From the IMG/VR virus record IMGVR_UViG_3300033407_000891, positions 1 through 48,664 of that record: 48,664 nucleotides of DNA, one strand, 5' to 3'. The DNA comes from a virus (Duplodnaviria; Caudoviricetes). This document shows positions 1-8,597 of this stretch, piece after piece. Positions within the stretch are counted from its first letter, which is position 1; each line of letters begins with the position of its first letter. The notes below the pieces were generated by a model. That model ran no database searches and had not been told where the DNA came from. It was given only the letters and a program-made list of their open reading frames with translations. A program made the translations under genes and the position numbers.

Positions 1-17
1 TGTGTGTTGTATATAAA

Positions 18-162
18 ATAATCGGCCCGTCTATACCCCTTTCCTGAAGAAAAAATAATAAATTATAATCCCCTAGGGGTACCAAGCGGGCCGATTATCT
101 TACAACCCTGTATTTTTTGGAGGGTATAGACACTAGAACATATGTCCGGTATCTATACCCTC
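18..162. repeat. Cluster of inverted repeats/palindromes at the left end (possible origin or terminal structure)
   Basis: ATAATCGGCCCG (18-29) / CGGGCCGATTAT (87-98) perfect 12-bp IR; palindrome CCCCTAGGGG (70-79); GAGGGTATAGA (120-130) / TCTATACCCTC (152-162) perfect 11-bp IR. Confidence 0.75.
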
Positions 163-187
163 TCTCTGTTTGTTATTTTCTCTTTTG

Positions 188-397
188 CTATACCTCTCTA
201 TTAGGAAATGTGGGATACAAAGGAAGATCATAGTCTTTTCTTAGCTCGTTCAGGTACTCTACTATGAATCTTGTTTGATGGTTGATGACTGTCCTCTTTG
301 ATTCGTACTGTTCTAGAATCTGTAATCCTTTTCGCATTTCTTGTAGTTGTAGGATTGCGTTTTGTATCCTGTTCGTTTCGTTGTGTGTGATTGCCAT
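188..397 (-). CDS. Hypothetical protein (69 aa, helical)
   Basis: ATG preceded by AGGAA; downstream of promoter 556-584; purine-rich coding strand like other genes. Confidence 0.65.
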   Translation of the reverse strand: MAITHNETNRIQNAILQLQEMRKGLQILEQYESKRTVINHQTRFIVEYLNELRKDYDLPLYPTFPNREV

Positions 398-426
398 TTT
401 ACTTTCCTTTCTGTGTGTTCTGTTCT

Positions 427-516
427 CTATCGCTTGTCTGTGTTTCCCTTCCTCTTGTTCTCATTCTCAATTGCTTTCATGACCTTGCCATACTCTCCAA
501 GAAATGTCTTGCTCAT
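427..516 (-). CDS. Small hypothetical protein (MSKTFLGEYG..., 29 aa)
   Basis: Start moved from 660 to ATG at 516 because promoter 556-584 and an AGGAA RBS lie inside the longer ORF. Confidence 0.45.
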   Translation of the reverse strand: MSKTFLGEYGKVMKAIENENKRKGNTDKR

Positions 517-555
517 TTCGTTTCCTTTCTGTGTTCTGTTTCTCTCTACATTCTT

Positions 556-584
556 ACTATACTCTCTTTCTTTCTGGGTGTCAA
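556..584 (-). promoter_or_regulatory. sigma70-type promoter pointing to the left end
   Basis: TTGACA-17bp-TATAGT on minus strand. Confidence 0.85.
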
Positions 585-617
585 TACTTTTGGGTGGGAA
601 TTTCTTTTCATTTTTTA

Positions 618-651
618 CAAAAGAAAAGGACTGCCATTTCTGACAGTCCCT
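618..651 (-). terminator. Intrinsic terminator after ORF 693-899
   Basis: Minus strand GGGACTGTC-AGAAAT-GGCAGTCCT followed by TTTCTTTT. Confidence 0.7.
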
Positions 652-692
652 CTCTTTCATCTATTCAGTTTTCAGTCTTGTGCTTGAAGTTT

Positions 693-899
693 TTATCGAG
701 GAGCAAGTCCTACCTTTGCAAGCTCTTCAGTCTTGAAAACCTCAAACTCACGCTCATACTTCTGGCGCAGTCGAGCATTGGCCTTCGCATACGCCTCACT
801 CCGCTTCGCCTGAGTCGCCTTGTCGTCCTTAATCTTCATCAGGGCGTCATACTCTTCCTTCGAAATCTGCATGACGTTGCCCTTGTTCTCCTGGGTCAT
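693..899 (-). CDS. Hypothetical helical protein (MTQENKGNVMQISKEEY..., 68 aa)
   Basis: Start reassigned to ATG 899 (GAGG RBS) because the ORF-track start coincides with the -35 box of promoter 961-989; followed by a terminator. Confidence 0.75.
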   Translation of the reverse strand: MTQENKGNVMQISKEEYDALMKIKDDKATQAKRSEAYAKANARLRQKYEREFEVFKTEELAKVGLAPR

Positions 900-960
900 T
901 CTCTGTACCTCTTTCTCGCGTCGGGCTAGATTTTGTGTCCCGCCGCTTTCCTCTATATGT

Positions 961-989
961 ACTATACTCCAACGCTCTATGGGTGTCAA
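961..989 (-). promoter_or_regulatory. sigma70-type promoter
   Basis: TTGACA-17bp-TATAGT. Confidence 0.85.
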
Positions 990-1167
990 GGGTTTTTCGG
1001 AGGAATTGGGTATTAAGGTTTTCTATAAGGGTATTTGTGTAGTCTATATGTGAGGGGTGTCTTTTATTTCATGTTTTCTATACCTGGTTTTATTGTTCTA
1101 TTTTGTTCTATACTTTGTGTTCTATTTTGTTCTGTTTTTGGGTAAGGTATAGATTTGGTATAGGGTC

Positions 1168-1196
1168 TTGACTTTGGGTGTCTAGTGTGTTAGACT
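1168..1196 (+). promoter_or_regulatory. sigma70-type promoter for the plus-strand helicase region
   Basis: TTGACT-17bp-TAGACT, divergent from 961-989, two GGTATAG motifs just upstream. Confidence 0.6.
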
Positions 1197-1361
1197 TATC
1201 TGGAATAGTTCTTTTTGGGTTGTTTTGATTTTTGTAGTAAAATAAAAAAGGGTATAGATAGGTACCTGGGTGAACCTAGGTGTGTGTAGGATTACACACT
1301 TTCGCTACAATTGGACGTAGCGGAATGAGTGTTCTAGGGTGTACAATAGGAGTGTGAAGAA

Positions 1362-1616
1362 ATGCAGGAAAGCTTTGAAATGGACAAGAGTGAATACGAA
1401 AAGCTAATGCAGAAAGCACGTAAGGAAGCACGAAAAAAGGGGATAACTATAGAGGAATATCTTGGAACAAATAGAAATTATAAATTTGGTTCGCCGGTAA
1501 AAAGTGATAATTTTGTTCCTGTTGAAAAAGAAATGATAGAAATAAGTAAAGAAGAATACGAAAAAATAATTGCGAGTGTGCATAAAAGGGTTAATAGGAT
1601 AAAGCCTGAAAATTAA
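1362..1616 (+). CDS. Hypothetical protein (84 aa)
   Basis: AGGAG RBS; internal repeat DKSEYEKL / SKEEYEKI. Confidence 0.75.
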   Translation: MQESFEMDKSEYEKLMQKARKEARKKGITIEEYLGTNRNYKFGSPVKSDNFVPVEKEMIEISKEEYEKIIASVHKRVNRIKPEN

Positions 1617-1627
1617 GGAGTATTCAG

Positions 1628-1900
1628 ATGAAAATTAGTATAGTTTATTTTAACAGTAGAATTGAATCGTCTCAAATGGCTATTTATAATAGTGAGGATG
1701 TTGAACGAATTACTTTTGAGGGTTTTGATAATGTGGATGTTATCTATACTTTTAATAGCTTTAAAGACATACTAGGGGGAGAAGATGCAAAGGAGCCTTC
1801 AATGTCATATAGGCTATATTCCCATTTTGAACATTCATATGATGAAATAGAAGCACGTGTAACAGTTAAATGTAAGAGTTTAGCTGAAAATAGAAATTAG
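1628..1900 (+). CDS. Hypothetical protein (90 aa)
   Basis: AAGGAG RBS, ATG start, directly after previous gene. Confidence 0.7.
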   Translation: MKISIVYFNSRIESSQMAIYNSEDVERITFEGFDNVDVIYTFNSFKDILGGEDAKEPSMSYRLYSHFEHSYDEIEARVTVKCKSLAENRN

Positions 1901-2164
1901 GGATTTTTATTTGATTTTTATTTTCATACACTGTATTCAAGGGTTTTTTGAGTACAGTAATGAGAGTGAAAGTTAGTTAGAAAAGGGGAGAAAATAAAAA
2001 TGAGAAATGAAACATATATAAGGTATATAGAGTTAATGAAAGAGATAAGAAGAAAGTTAGAAGAAAATAGAGTTAAAATAGAGCTTGAGTGGAAAAATAA
2101 ATATAGTGAACAAGTAATAAATAGAGCTAAAAGAAAGTAACAATAAAAAAGTAGGAGCAGAAAA

Positions 2165-3730
2165 GTGGTAATTAATAACGACACACAAAAGAAATATTAT
2201 GTGTGTATGCATAAAGGCTGTAGGCGCTCAATCGGTGAGCATGATGTTTATTGTTTTGTGCATAAGTCTTTGTATATTTCTGACTCCTCGGAGTTAGAGA
2301 CTGTTTCTGGAGATTTGGGATGGAATCTTCCTCTTTTTGATTATCAGAAAGAGGATGTAGATTATCTAATTGAAGTTTTGCAGGAAAAAAGAGGCGCATT
2401 TAATTTCAATGAGATGGGTACTGGAAAGACTATTGAAGCTTTAGGTGTAGTTGAGCGTTTGGGTGCCTCTACGGTCCTTATCATTTGTCCCAATGCCCTA
2501 CGTTTTGAATGGCAAAGACAGATTCGCCTCTTCACTCAAGAGGACTCCGCTGTTACTTTGACGGCGGCGAATAAAAAGTGGGACGATTGGGTAGGGAAAA
2601 GATTTAATTTGAAAAACATGACAAGAAAAGAGGATGCGCCTCGTTTCTATATTACTAATTTCGAGACACTCCGAAATCAGGGGTATTTAGGGATTTTGAA
2701 TAGTTTGGATGCTGATTTAGTTATTATGGACGAAGCACATAGAATTAGGACTGTTGATGCTAAACAGGCTTTTGGTGCTAGAGGAGTAAAAGGAAAGAAG
2801 TTTCTGTTACTTACAGGAACGCCTATTGTCAATAGTGCGGGAGATTTATTTACAGGATTTTCTATAGTTTCCCCTGGAAAATTTTCTGTTTATACTCAAT
2901 TCCTGAATGAGTTTACTATGGGTTACGGGTATTCTAGGTTTGGAGTAAAAAATAGGAGTAGATTGTTAGGAATAATTGAAGAGTATGGGATACAGAGGAA
3001 GAAAAAGGATGTATTGAAAGATCTTCCCGATAAACTATTCCGACATATCCCTTTGGAAATGGATAATAGTCAGAGAAAAATTTATGAACAAATGGAAAAT
3101 CAGCTTTTTGTACTGCTAGAGAATGGGGAAGAGTTATATGCAACTAATGTTTTAGCTGCATTAATTAGACTTCGCCAGCTTTGTTTAGAACCTGCAATTT
3201 TGGATGGAATGGGGAATAATATAGGTTCTGCAAAAACCGATTTTCTTATGGATTTTATAGAGGATGACTTAGATCAAGATGAACCTTTGGTGATATTTAC
3301 GACGTTTGAAAAATACGTCTCTTTTATAGAGGGGAGTTTGAGGAAATTCGGAAAAGTGGGACGAATAACAGGATTAGAGAAACCGGAGGAAAGAAGGGAT
3401 GTAGTTTCCTCTTTCCAAAACGGGGATATAAGGTTTTGTATAGGGACTGTACAAGCGATGGGAGAGGGGATAACCTTAACTAGAGCAAATAAGGTATTCC
3501 TGATGGATAGATGGTGGAGCAATGCGAGTAATAATCAAGCGATAGATCGGCTACATAGAATAGGACAAAGGGATAATGTGGAGGTTTTTATTCCGACTAT
3601 TGCAGATAGTATAGATGATAAATTAACAGAAATTTTAGGAAGAAAGGAACAGGATGCTAGAGAATTGGAAATAAGGACTGCTGTTGTGTTAGAGAGAATG
3701 AGAGAAAAGGGACGAAAAGTTATTGTATAG
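2165..3730 (+). CDS. SNF2/SWI2-family superfamily 2 helicase/translocase
   Basis: Motif I EMGTGKT, Ia IICP..LR..W, II DEAH, III LTGTP, V GEGITLT, VI QAIDRLHRIGQ; N-terminal Cys/His motif. Confidence 0.93.
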   Translation: MVINNDTQKKYYVCMHKGCRRSIGEHDVYCFVHKSLYISDSSELETVSGDLGWNLPLFDYQKEDVDYLIEVLQEKRGAFNFNEMGTGKTIEALGVVERLGASTVLIICPNALRFEWQRQIRLFTQEDSAVTLTAANKKWDDWVGKRFNLKNMTRKEDAPRFYITNFETLRNQGYLGILNSLDADLVIMDEAHRIRTVDAKQAFGARGVKGKKFLLLTGTPIVNSAGDLFTGFSIVSPGKFSVYTQFLNEFTMGYGYSRFGVKNRSRLLGIIEEYGIQRKKKDVLKDLPDKLFRHIPLEMDNSQRKIYEQMENQLFVLLENGEELYATNVLAALIRLRQLCLEPAILDGMGNNIGSAKTDFLMDFIEDDLDQDEPLVIFTTFEKYVSFIEGSLRKFGKVGRITGLEKPEERRDVVSSFQNGDIRFCIGTVQAMGEGITLTRANKVFLMDRWWSNASNNQAIDRLHRIGQRDNVEVFIPTIADSIDDKLTEILGRKEQDARELEIRTAVVLERMREKGRKVIV

Positions 3731-3742
3731 GAGGAAAATATA

Positions 3743-3937
3743 GTGAGTAATGAAAATAAAGGTGTAATAGAATGTATTATGTGTTATGGGGGAGAGGAAG
3801 GTTGTATTTTGTGTGAAGGTACAGGGATAGTAAATCGAGATAAGTGGATTTGGTATTTTGAATTTAAAAAGGAAGTTTTGGTACAAAAATTAAAATATAT
3901 AGAAGGGACAAAAAGAGAAGGAAGATATAATGGTTAA
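3743..3937 (+). CDS. Small Zn-binding protein (CxxCxG..CxxCxGxG)
   Basis: DnaJ-type Zn-finger-like motif CIMCYGGEEGCILCEGTG; AGGAGG RBS. Confidence 0.65.
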   Translation: MSNENKGVIECIMCYGGEEGCILCEGTGIVNRDKWIWYFEFKKEVLVQKLKYIEGTKREGRYNG

Positions 3938-4138
3938 AAAATTCAGGAATCAATGTCCTTATGGAAAAGATTAGGAGGGTTAGATTTTGATTAGAGTTTT
4001 ACCTTGCGGTTGTCATTTTATAGGGGATTTATTTAAGTTAGGTGAATTTTGTATGGAAAGACATGGACAAGTAATAAGAAAATTGATGGAGAAAGTTTAT
4101 GGTTCCTAGGGATTACTAAAATGAAAAAGGTGTAAAAA

Positions 4139-4522
4139 TTGATAGTTTTAATTTGTGGAGACAGAAATTGGACTAATGAGGATTTAATAAGGGAGAAAAT
4201 TTTAGAATATAATCCTAAAGTTATCCTAGAAGGCGATGCTAGGGGAGCGGATAAAATAGCTGGAAAATTAGCAAAAGAGTTGGGAATAGATTTAATAGTT
4301 TTTCCAGCTAAGTGGTCTATTTACGGTAAAAGTGCAGGGCCTATGAGAAATAGAGAGATGCTATCTATAGGTTTACCTGAATTAGTTTTGGCTTTTCACA
4401 ATGATATAGTTTCTAGTAAAGGAACAAAGGATATGATAAAAGCAGGACTTAAAGGAGGGGTAAGAGTTAGATTGTTTACTGAAAAGAGGGAAGAAGATTT
4501 GTTTGCTTTGGGATTATATTAA
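4139..4522 (+). CDS. SLOG-family protein (DUF2493/YspA-like)
   Basis: ICGDRNW, EGDARGAD, GKSAGPMRNREM, LAFH, SKGTKDM motifs. Confidence 0.88.
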   Translation: MIVLICGDRNWTNEDLIREKILEYNPKVILEGDARGADKIAGKLAKELGIDLIVFPAKWSIYGKSAGPMRNREMLSIGLPELVLAFHNDIVSSKGTKDMIKAGLKGGVRVRLFTEKREEDLFALGLY

Positions 4523-4572
4523 TTTTAGGTGGCCAGTTTCTTAATGGGTCTGGCTCTTTCTTTTCTTTTTAT

Positions 4573-4719
4573 TTACTTTCTCTTACTTTTACGTTTCTTA
4601 CCTTTTTTGGATTTCCTATATGAATTTTTTCTCCTTTTCTTTGTAGTTTCGTCTAAAATTTTCATGGATATTCCATATGCTGCTACTGCGGGGACTAGGC
4701 TTACTAATGATTCGGGCAT
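4573..4719 (-). CDS. Small basic protein (48 aa, Lys/Arg tail); not in ORF track
   Basis: Own translation MPESLVSLVPAVAAYGISMKILDETTKKRRKNSYRKSKKGKKRKSKRK. Confidence 0.55.
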   Translation of the reverse strand: MPESLVSLVPAVAAYGISMKILDETTKKRRKNSYRKSKKGKKRKSKRK

Positions 4720-4897
4720 TATTAAAACCTCATAGGGATTTTATAGATTCTGTTTCTTTTTCTCCTGTTCGTATATTTTATTACTGGTTTCCAATAGCTT
4801 TTTTAGTTATTTTAGTTTGGTTTTCTGGAAGTTTTGTTTTGTATCTAGTTGTTAGGGGACTTATGATTTATTGGATTGTTGTTGCTTTGTGGTTATT

Positions 4898-5071
4898 TTA
4901 TCGTACATATATTAGATAATAATTCTTTTTCCCAATGTTCCCTTTTCTAATCTGTGCTAAATTTCCTTGTTTTCTATATCTTTCTGCTAATATTCTGGCT
5001 CTTTCTTTATTTGTTTCTACGTGTTTTAATTCGTAGAGCTTTCCTCCTTTCATTCTTCTTTGTAGGGGCAT
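4898..5071 (-). CDS. Small basic paralog, family A (57 aa); not in ORF track
   Basis: MPLQRRMKGGKLYELKHVETNKERARILAERYRKQGNLAQIR...YLIYVR matches family A pattern. Confidence 0.75.
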   Translation of the reverse strand: MPLQRRMKGGKLYELKHVETNKERARILAERYRKQGNLAQIRKGNIGKKNYYLIYVR

Positions 5072-5072
5072 T

Positions 5073-5225
5073 TTAATACAGTCCCACTTTCAATTTTCTA
5101 GTCCTAGTCCTCTTAGGACTTTTCTTTCTTCCTGTTTTTGCAAATCCCATATGGTTTCTATAGGCTTCACTTCCTAAATAGTGATAGCCTTTGTCTTTTT
5201 TACAGTAATATTTTATTGCTGCCAT
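5073..5225 (-). CDS. Small basic Cys/His protein, family B (50 aa); not in ORF track
   Basis: YYCKKDKGYH-x9-H aligns with 5830-5982 and 10596-10826. Confidence 0.65.
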   Translation of the reverse strand: MAAIKYYCKKDKGYHYLGSEAYRNHMGFAKTGRKKSPKRTRTRKLKVGLY

Positions 5226-5228
5226 ATC

Positions 5229-5426
5229 TTATTTATAACTCCTTGTATATACTTTATATACTGTTCTCTTAGCTCTTGGATATTTGGTTTTCCACTCCTG
5301 CTTTACAACTCTAGCTTTAAATCCCTGCCTCCTCGCTTTTTCTGCTAACATTTCTGCGTTATTTTTTATTCCTGTCTCTAGCTGTAAATGGTATCTTTCC
5401 CCATTAAGTTTTCTTGTCTTTACCAT
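5229..5426 (-). CDS. Small basic paralog, family A
   Basis: KLNGERY...K..AEMLAEKARRQGFKARVV...YKVYTR. Confidence 0.8.
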   Translation of the reverse strand: MVKTRKLNGERYHLQLETGIKNNAEMLAEKARRQGFKARVVKQEWKTKYPRAKRTVYKVYTRSYK

Positions 5427-5587
5427 TCTCCTATCCTATGTTTTCTTATTTTTTTATCTACAGTTAAAGTTACTCTTTTTCCACACTCAAAACATTCTAT
5501 TTTTTGTCCTGGTTTTCCTGTCTTTACTTCTATTCCACTTCCTGGACAGATTCTCTTATATTTATATCTTTTTGCTTTTGTAGCCAT
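5420..5587 (-). CDS. Small Zn-ribbon protein (55 aa); not in ORF track
   Basis: Own translation ...ICPGSG...ECFECGKRV...RKH. Confidence 0.65.
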   Translation of the reverse strand: MATKAKRYKYKRICPGSGIEVKTGKPGQKIECFECGKRVTLTVDKKIRKHRIGEW

Positions 5588-5590
5588 TTT

Positions 5591-5827
5591 CTAACTCTTT
5601 TTAGGTCTACCTCTTTTCTTAGCAGGTTTTTGCATATATACAGGAGTGGGTTTGTATCCTGTAACAACTAAAATTTCTGCAACACTCTTAGGTTTAGCAG
5701 GTCTGCCTACCCGTCTTTTTGTTGTTCCAACTCCCATTTTCTTTATTTGTGCTATAGTTAACTCTTTAACCTTGCTCCTCTTTCTTCTCCGAGCCATCTT
5801 GTCTTTTGCTCCAGGTGTACGTGCCAT
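5591..5827 (-). CDS. Highly basic AT-hook-like DNA-binding protein
   Basis: RRVGRPAKPK and KKRGRPKK motifs; very K/R-rich. Confidence 0.75.
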   Translation of the reverse strand: MARTPGAKDKMARRRKRSKVKELTIAQIKKMGVGTTKRRVGRPAKPKSVAEILVVTGYKPTPVYMQKPAKKRGRPKKS

Positions 5828-5829
5828 TT

Positions 5830-5982
5830 TTATTTCTTTCCTTTCTTACTAAATTTTCCAGTCTTAACATATATTCTTTTAGGTTTTAAGTTTTTCATGT
5901 CATGTCGATAATATACCTCTGATTTTCCATAATGATTCCTTTTACACTTCTTACAAAAATAGACATCTGTTGATTTTGACAT
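5830..5982 (-). CDS. Small C2H2-like Zn-finger protein, family B (50 aa); not in ORF track
   Basis: YFCKKCKRNH-x9-H. Confidence 0.7.
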   Translation of the reverse strand: MSKSTDVYFCKKCKRNHYGKSEVYYRHDMKNLKPKRIYVKTGKFSKKGKK

Positions 5983-5995
5983 AATCGGACCTTTT

Positions 5996-6181
5996 TTACA
6001 TCTCCACTATCTTTCCATTTTTATCTACGTGAAACTCTCTACCCTTTCCTTCTATTAATACATCATATGTTTTGGGCCAATTTCTCCAAAGGGTTCTTGC
6101 TGATTTCTTAGCTGTCTCTAATGTTTTTCTGTGTCCATATCCATAGATATGTCCCTTTTTAAGGACTTTGACAGTGTACAT
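5996..6181 (-). CDS. Small basic protein, related to 6193-6447
   Basis: YTVKVLKKG...TLETAKKSA...WPK vs YIIKVLRKG...TLGDAILLA...YPK. Confidence 0.7.
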   Translation of the reverse strand: MYTVKVLKKGHIYGYGHRKTLETAKKSARTLWRNWPKTYDVLIEGKGREFHVDKNGKIVEM

Positions 6182-6192
6182 TAAATCTTCCT

Positions 6193-6447
6193 TTATTGTA
6201 TAACTCTTTTTATAAATTTTCCTTTTATTGTGTATTCTATTATTATTTTATGTGGTTTAGGGTAATCTAGTTTGTACATTTTTGCCAATAAAATTGCATC
6301 TCCTAGAGTTACACTTGATGCGGTTTCTAATATTAGTCCTTTCCTTAGGACTTTTATTATATATTTATCCTTAGACCTTCTTTTACTTCTTCTTCTTGAG
6401 GGGGCTGATACATAATTTACATTGAAAATTGAAGGGGGAACTATCAT
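6193..6447 (-). CDS. Small basic protein, related to 5996-6181
   Basis: Shared pattern as above; start overlaps the upstream stop. Confidence 0.7.
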   Translation of the reverse strand: MIVPPSIFNVNYVSAPSRRRSKRRSKDKYIIKVLRKGLILETASSVTLGDAILLAKMYKLDYPKPHKIIIEYTIKGKFIKRVIQ

Positions 6448-6644
6448 TATAATACCCTTACTTTTCCTAAACTAATTACTCCTCTAACTTTTCCTGCTAT
6501 TGTAGGATTAATATGTGTGTGGTAGTGTTCACCTTTATGTTTATTTATTTCTGTTCCATATCCTACTTTATATGGATGACGGTGTGCATGAGCATGATAA
6601 ACTTTTCCATGCTTGTGTCTGTGGAAATGAAAATTAGTCGGCAT
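6447..6644 (-). CDS. His-rich (HxH-repeat) small protein
   Basis: HFHRHKH, HAHAHRH, HYHTH; GGAGG RBS region. Confidence 0.7.
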   Translation of the reverse strand: MPTNFHFHRHKHGKVYHAHAHRHPYKVGYGTEINKHKGEHYHTHINPTIAGKVRGVISLGKVRVL

Positions 6645-6984
6645 TTCTTTCTCCCTCCTTAATTGTTTTTACTACATATTTCCATAATTTTCTTCTTAAG
6701 CTAAACCAAGAAGTCCAAATCCATCCAGTAAACATCATTACTCCAAGAGACATAAATCCCCAAGCTAAATTTATATTATTTTCTTGATTTTTGCTCCATT
6801 GAGGTAGTTGGATTGGTTCATCTAGGGACAATGAGGGATTAGATATTAATATAGAAATCATGGGTTTCACTAGCCACACGAACGATACTCCAAAAATTAG
6901 TATATCACTAAAGAGTCCTAATAATTTCTCTCCCTTAATATCCCCTTTCAAAATCCAATTTAATTTCCTCAAATCCTTTTTCAA
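6634..6984 (-). CDS. Two-TM membrane protein
   Basis: Two hydrophobic segments, basic termini. Confidence 0.7.
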   Translation of the reverse strand: MKKDLRKLNWILKGDIKGEKLLGLFSDILIFGVSFVWLVKPMISILISNPSLSLDEPIQLPQWSKNQENNINLAWGFMSLGVMMFTGWIWTSWFSLRRKLWKYVVKTIKEGERNAD

Positions 6985-7413
6985 TTAAAAAAATCCTCCC
7001 AATAAATCTACTCCTGTTCTTGTTGCTGCTTCTGCTTTAGATTCTTTATAAGGACTTTTTTTTGGACTTTTTGAGTTTATTTTCTTTTTACCTGTTTTCT
7101 TCTTAGCTTTTTGTGCAGACACCCCTGATATTGCATCCATTCCCCTAGCAAATCCTCCAGCTAATTTTTTAGCTAGTGCTTTGTCCCCTTCAGTTATTCT
7201 AAATGGCCCTTTTCCATTTTTTTTACGATACTTTTCCATCTTCTTTCTTGTATCTTCTAACTGTGCTCTTTGTTGTGCTACAGTTAATTGTTTTTCTGCT
7301 AATTTTTGTTCCCTGGCAATCTTAGCTAACTCATCCTCAATTTTTTGGTCTTTACTTCTTCCGTTTAAACCCATCGCTCTAGCTACTCTCGTCCCTGCTT
7401 TTCTAAATACCAT
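6985..7413 (-). CDS. Basic coiled-coil protein
   Basis: Heptad-like segment and Lys-rich C-terminus. Confidence 0.75.
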   Translation of the reverse strand: MVFRKAGTRVARAMGLNGRSKDQKIEDELAKIAREQKLAEKQLTVAQQRAQLEDTRKKMEKYRKKNGKGPFRITEGDKALAKKLAGGFARGMDAISGVSAQKAKKKTGKKKINSKSPKKSPYKESKAEAATRTGVDLLGGFF

Positions 7414-7591
7414 TCCTATTTCTCTCTTTCTCTTTCTCTATTAAATATTTATCTTCTGTTTGTTTAATATGTCTATGACTATGTGAGTGTGTTCTTACTT
7501 TAGTTTTAGGATGATCGTGAACATGCGTATGCCAGAATGTTCTCTCTCCACCCAAAAATTGGTGCTCATGACCGTGACTAAAAACGGGCAT
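7403..7591 (-). CDS. His-rich (HxH-repeat) small protein
   Basis: HGHEH, HTHVHDH, HSHSHRH; AGGAG RBS. Confidence 0.72.
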   Translation of the reverse strand: MPVFSHGHEHQFLGGERTFWHTHVHDHPKTKVRTHSHSHRHIKQTEDKYLIEKEKERNRNGI

Positions 7592-7611
7592 CTTTTCTCC
7601 TTCTTATATTT

Positions 7612-7887
7612 TTACTTCTTATTGAGTTTTAATTTAGGGTTAGTATAAATTATCCATATTACTATTTCTTTTCCTATAGAAAACATAGTATGAGGTATCG
7701 TTATAGCTTTCTTCATCATAATAATTGTTTTGTACTTACTTTTTTCTAGTTGTCTAGCTTTATTTCTTGAGTTGGTATATTTTCTGTATATGTGTTCAGT
7801 TCTATAATAAATTTGATTTAATATTTTTATTTTATTTTGAGCTGTTACCTCGAAAAAATCTGTTTTTTCATCTTTAGCTACCCTCAT
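7612..7887 (-). CDS. Basic protein, divergent family A member
   Basis: AGGAG RBS; C-terminal half loosely follows family A pattern. Confidence 0.65.
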   Translation of the reverse strand: MRVAKDEKTDFFEVTAQNKIKILNQIYYRTEHIYRKYTNSRNKARQLEKSKYKTIIMMKKAITIPHTMFSIGKEIVIWIIYTNPKLKLNKK

Positions 7888-7909
7888 TTAAATCTCCTTT
7901 ATATATTAA

Positions 7910-8071
7910 TTATCTTGAATATATTTTATACCCTCTTACTGTTTTTACTATTCTTATTTTTCCACCCTCTTTTTTTATCTTATTGGCAAGATTTTTAGTA
8001 TTCTTTTTATTTGTACGAAATCCTACTAAGAAGTAATCTAAACCATTGAATTTCTTTGTAAGTCCAAACAT
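7910..8071 (-). CDS. Small basic paralog, family A (53 aa); not in ORF track
   Basis: MFGLTKKFNGLDY...TNKKNTKNLANKIKKEGGKIRIV...YKIYSR. Confidence 0.75.
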   Translation of the reverse strand: MFGLTKKFNGLDYFLVGFRTNKKNTKNLANKIKKEGGKIRIVKTVRGYKIYSR

Positions 8072-8082
8072 AAAGGAATCCC

Positions 8083-8280
8083 CTAATTATAATATCCTCT
8101 TTTATAAGGCGTAGCATACACACAAAACTTTCCGTTTTTACTAATTACTCTGGCGTAGTGTCCCATATCTCTTTGTTTCTTTGCTAATTGTTCAGCTTTA
8201 GTTCTGGATGCAAATTCTGGTTTTTGGAGAAGATATGCTTTTCCTTTAAATTTCTTTGTCTTTATTGGTAATTCGTGCAT
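8083..8280 (-). CDS. Small basic paralog, family A
   Basis: TKKFKGKAY...KAEQLAKKQRDMGHYARVI...CVY. Confidence 0.8.
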   Translation of the reverse strand: MHELPIKTKKFKGKAYLLQKPEFASRTKAEQLAKKQRDMGHYARVISKNGKFCVYATPYKRGYYN

Positions 8281-8375
8281 TTTCCTGTTCTCTTTTTATC
8301 TTTATATATTCACTAAACCCTTGTATTCCATATTTTCTCTTTAGTTCTTCTATTAACTTTTTATCTTTATTCATT

Positions 8376-8597
8376 TTATTTTATCAGTATATACACACTG
8401 TATATTTCTTTTGGTTGCATAGAAATTTTTCTTAGAGGATTAACTTCTTTTACTACTCTCGCTAAATGTCCTCTAAATCTTATATTTTTTGCTACATCCG
8501 TAGCGGCTCTTTTAGTAGACCAATTTGAATGTAGAGAATATTTCTTACCCCCTGGAGAAAATCTTTTAGTTTTAGAACCCGCTCTAATTAATAACAT
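8376..8597 (-). CDS. Small basic paralog, family A
   Basis: TKRF..GGKKY...TKRAA..VAKNIR.RGHLARVV...YSVY. Confidence 0.78.
   Translation of the reverse strand: MLLIRAGSKTKRFSPGGKKYSLHSNWSTKRAATDVAKNIRFRGHLARVVKEVNPLRKISMQPKEIYSVYILIK

Noticed and set aside
282-1053. Plus-strand Phe/Leu/Ser/Cys-rich ORFs at the left end, and minus-strand equivalents at 48069-48565
   Set aside because: Antisense shadows of purine-rich genes and promoters; no RBS
4677-4919. Plus-strand hydrophobic ORF (80 aa)
   Set aside because: Overlaps two better-supported minus-strand ORFs at both ends, and T-rich antisense DNA mimics TM segments; cannot be fully excluded
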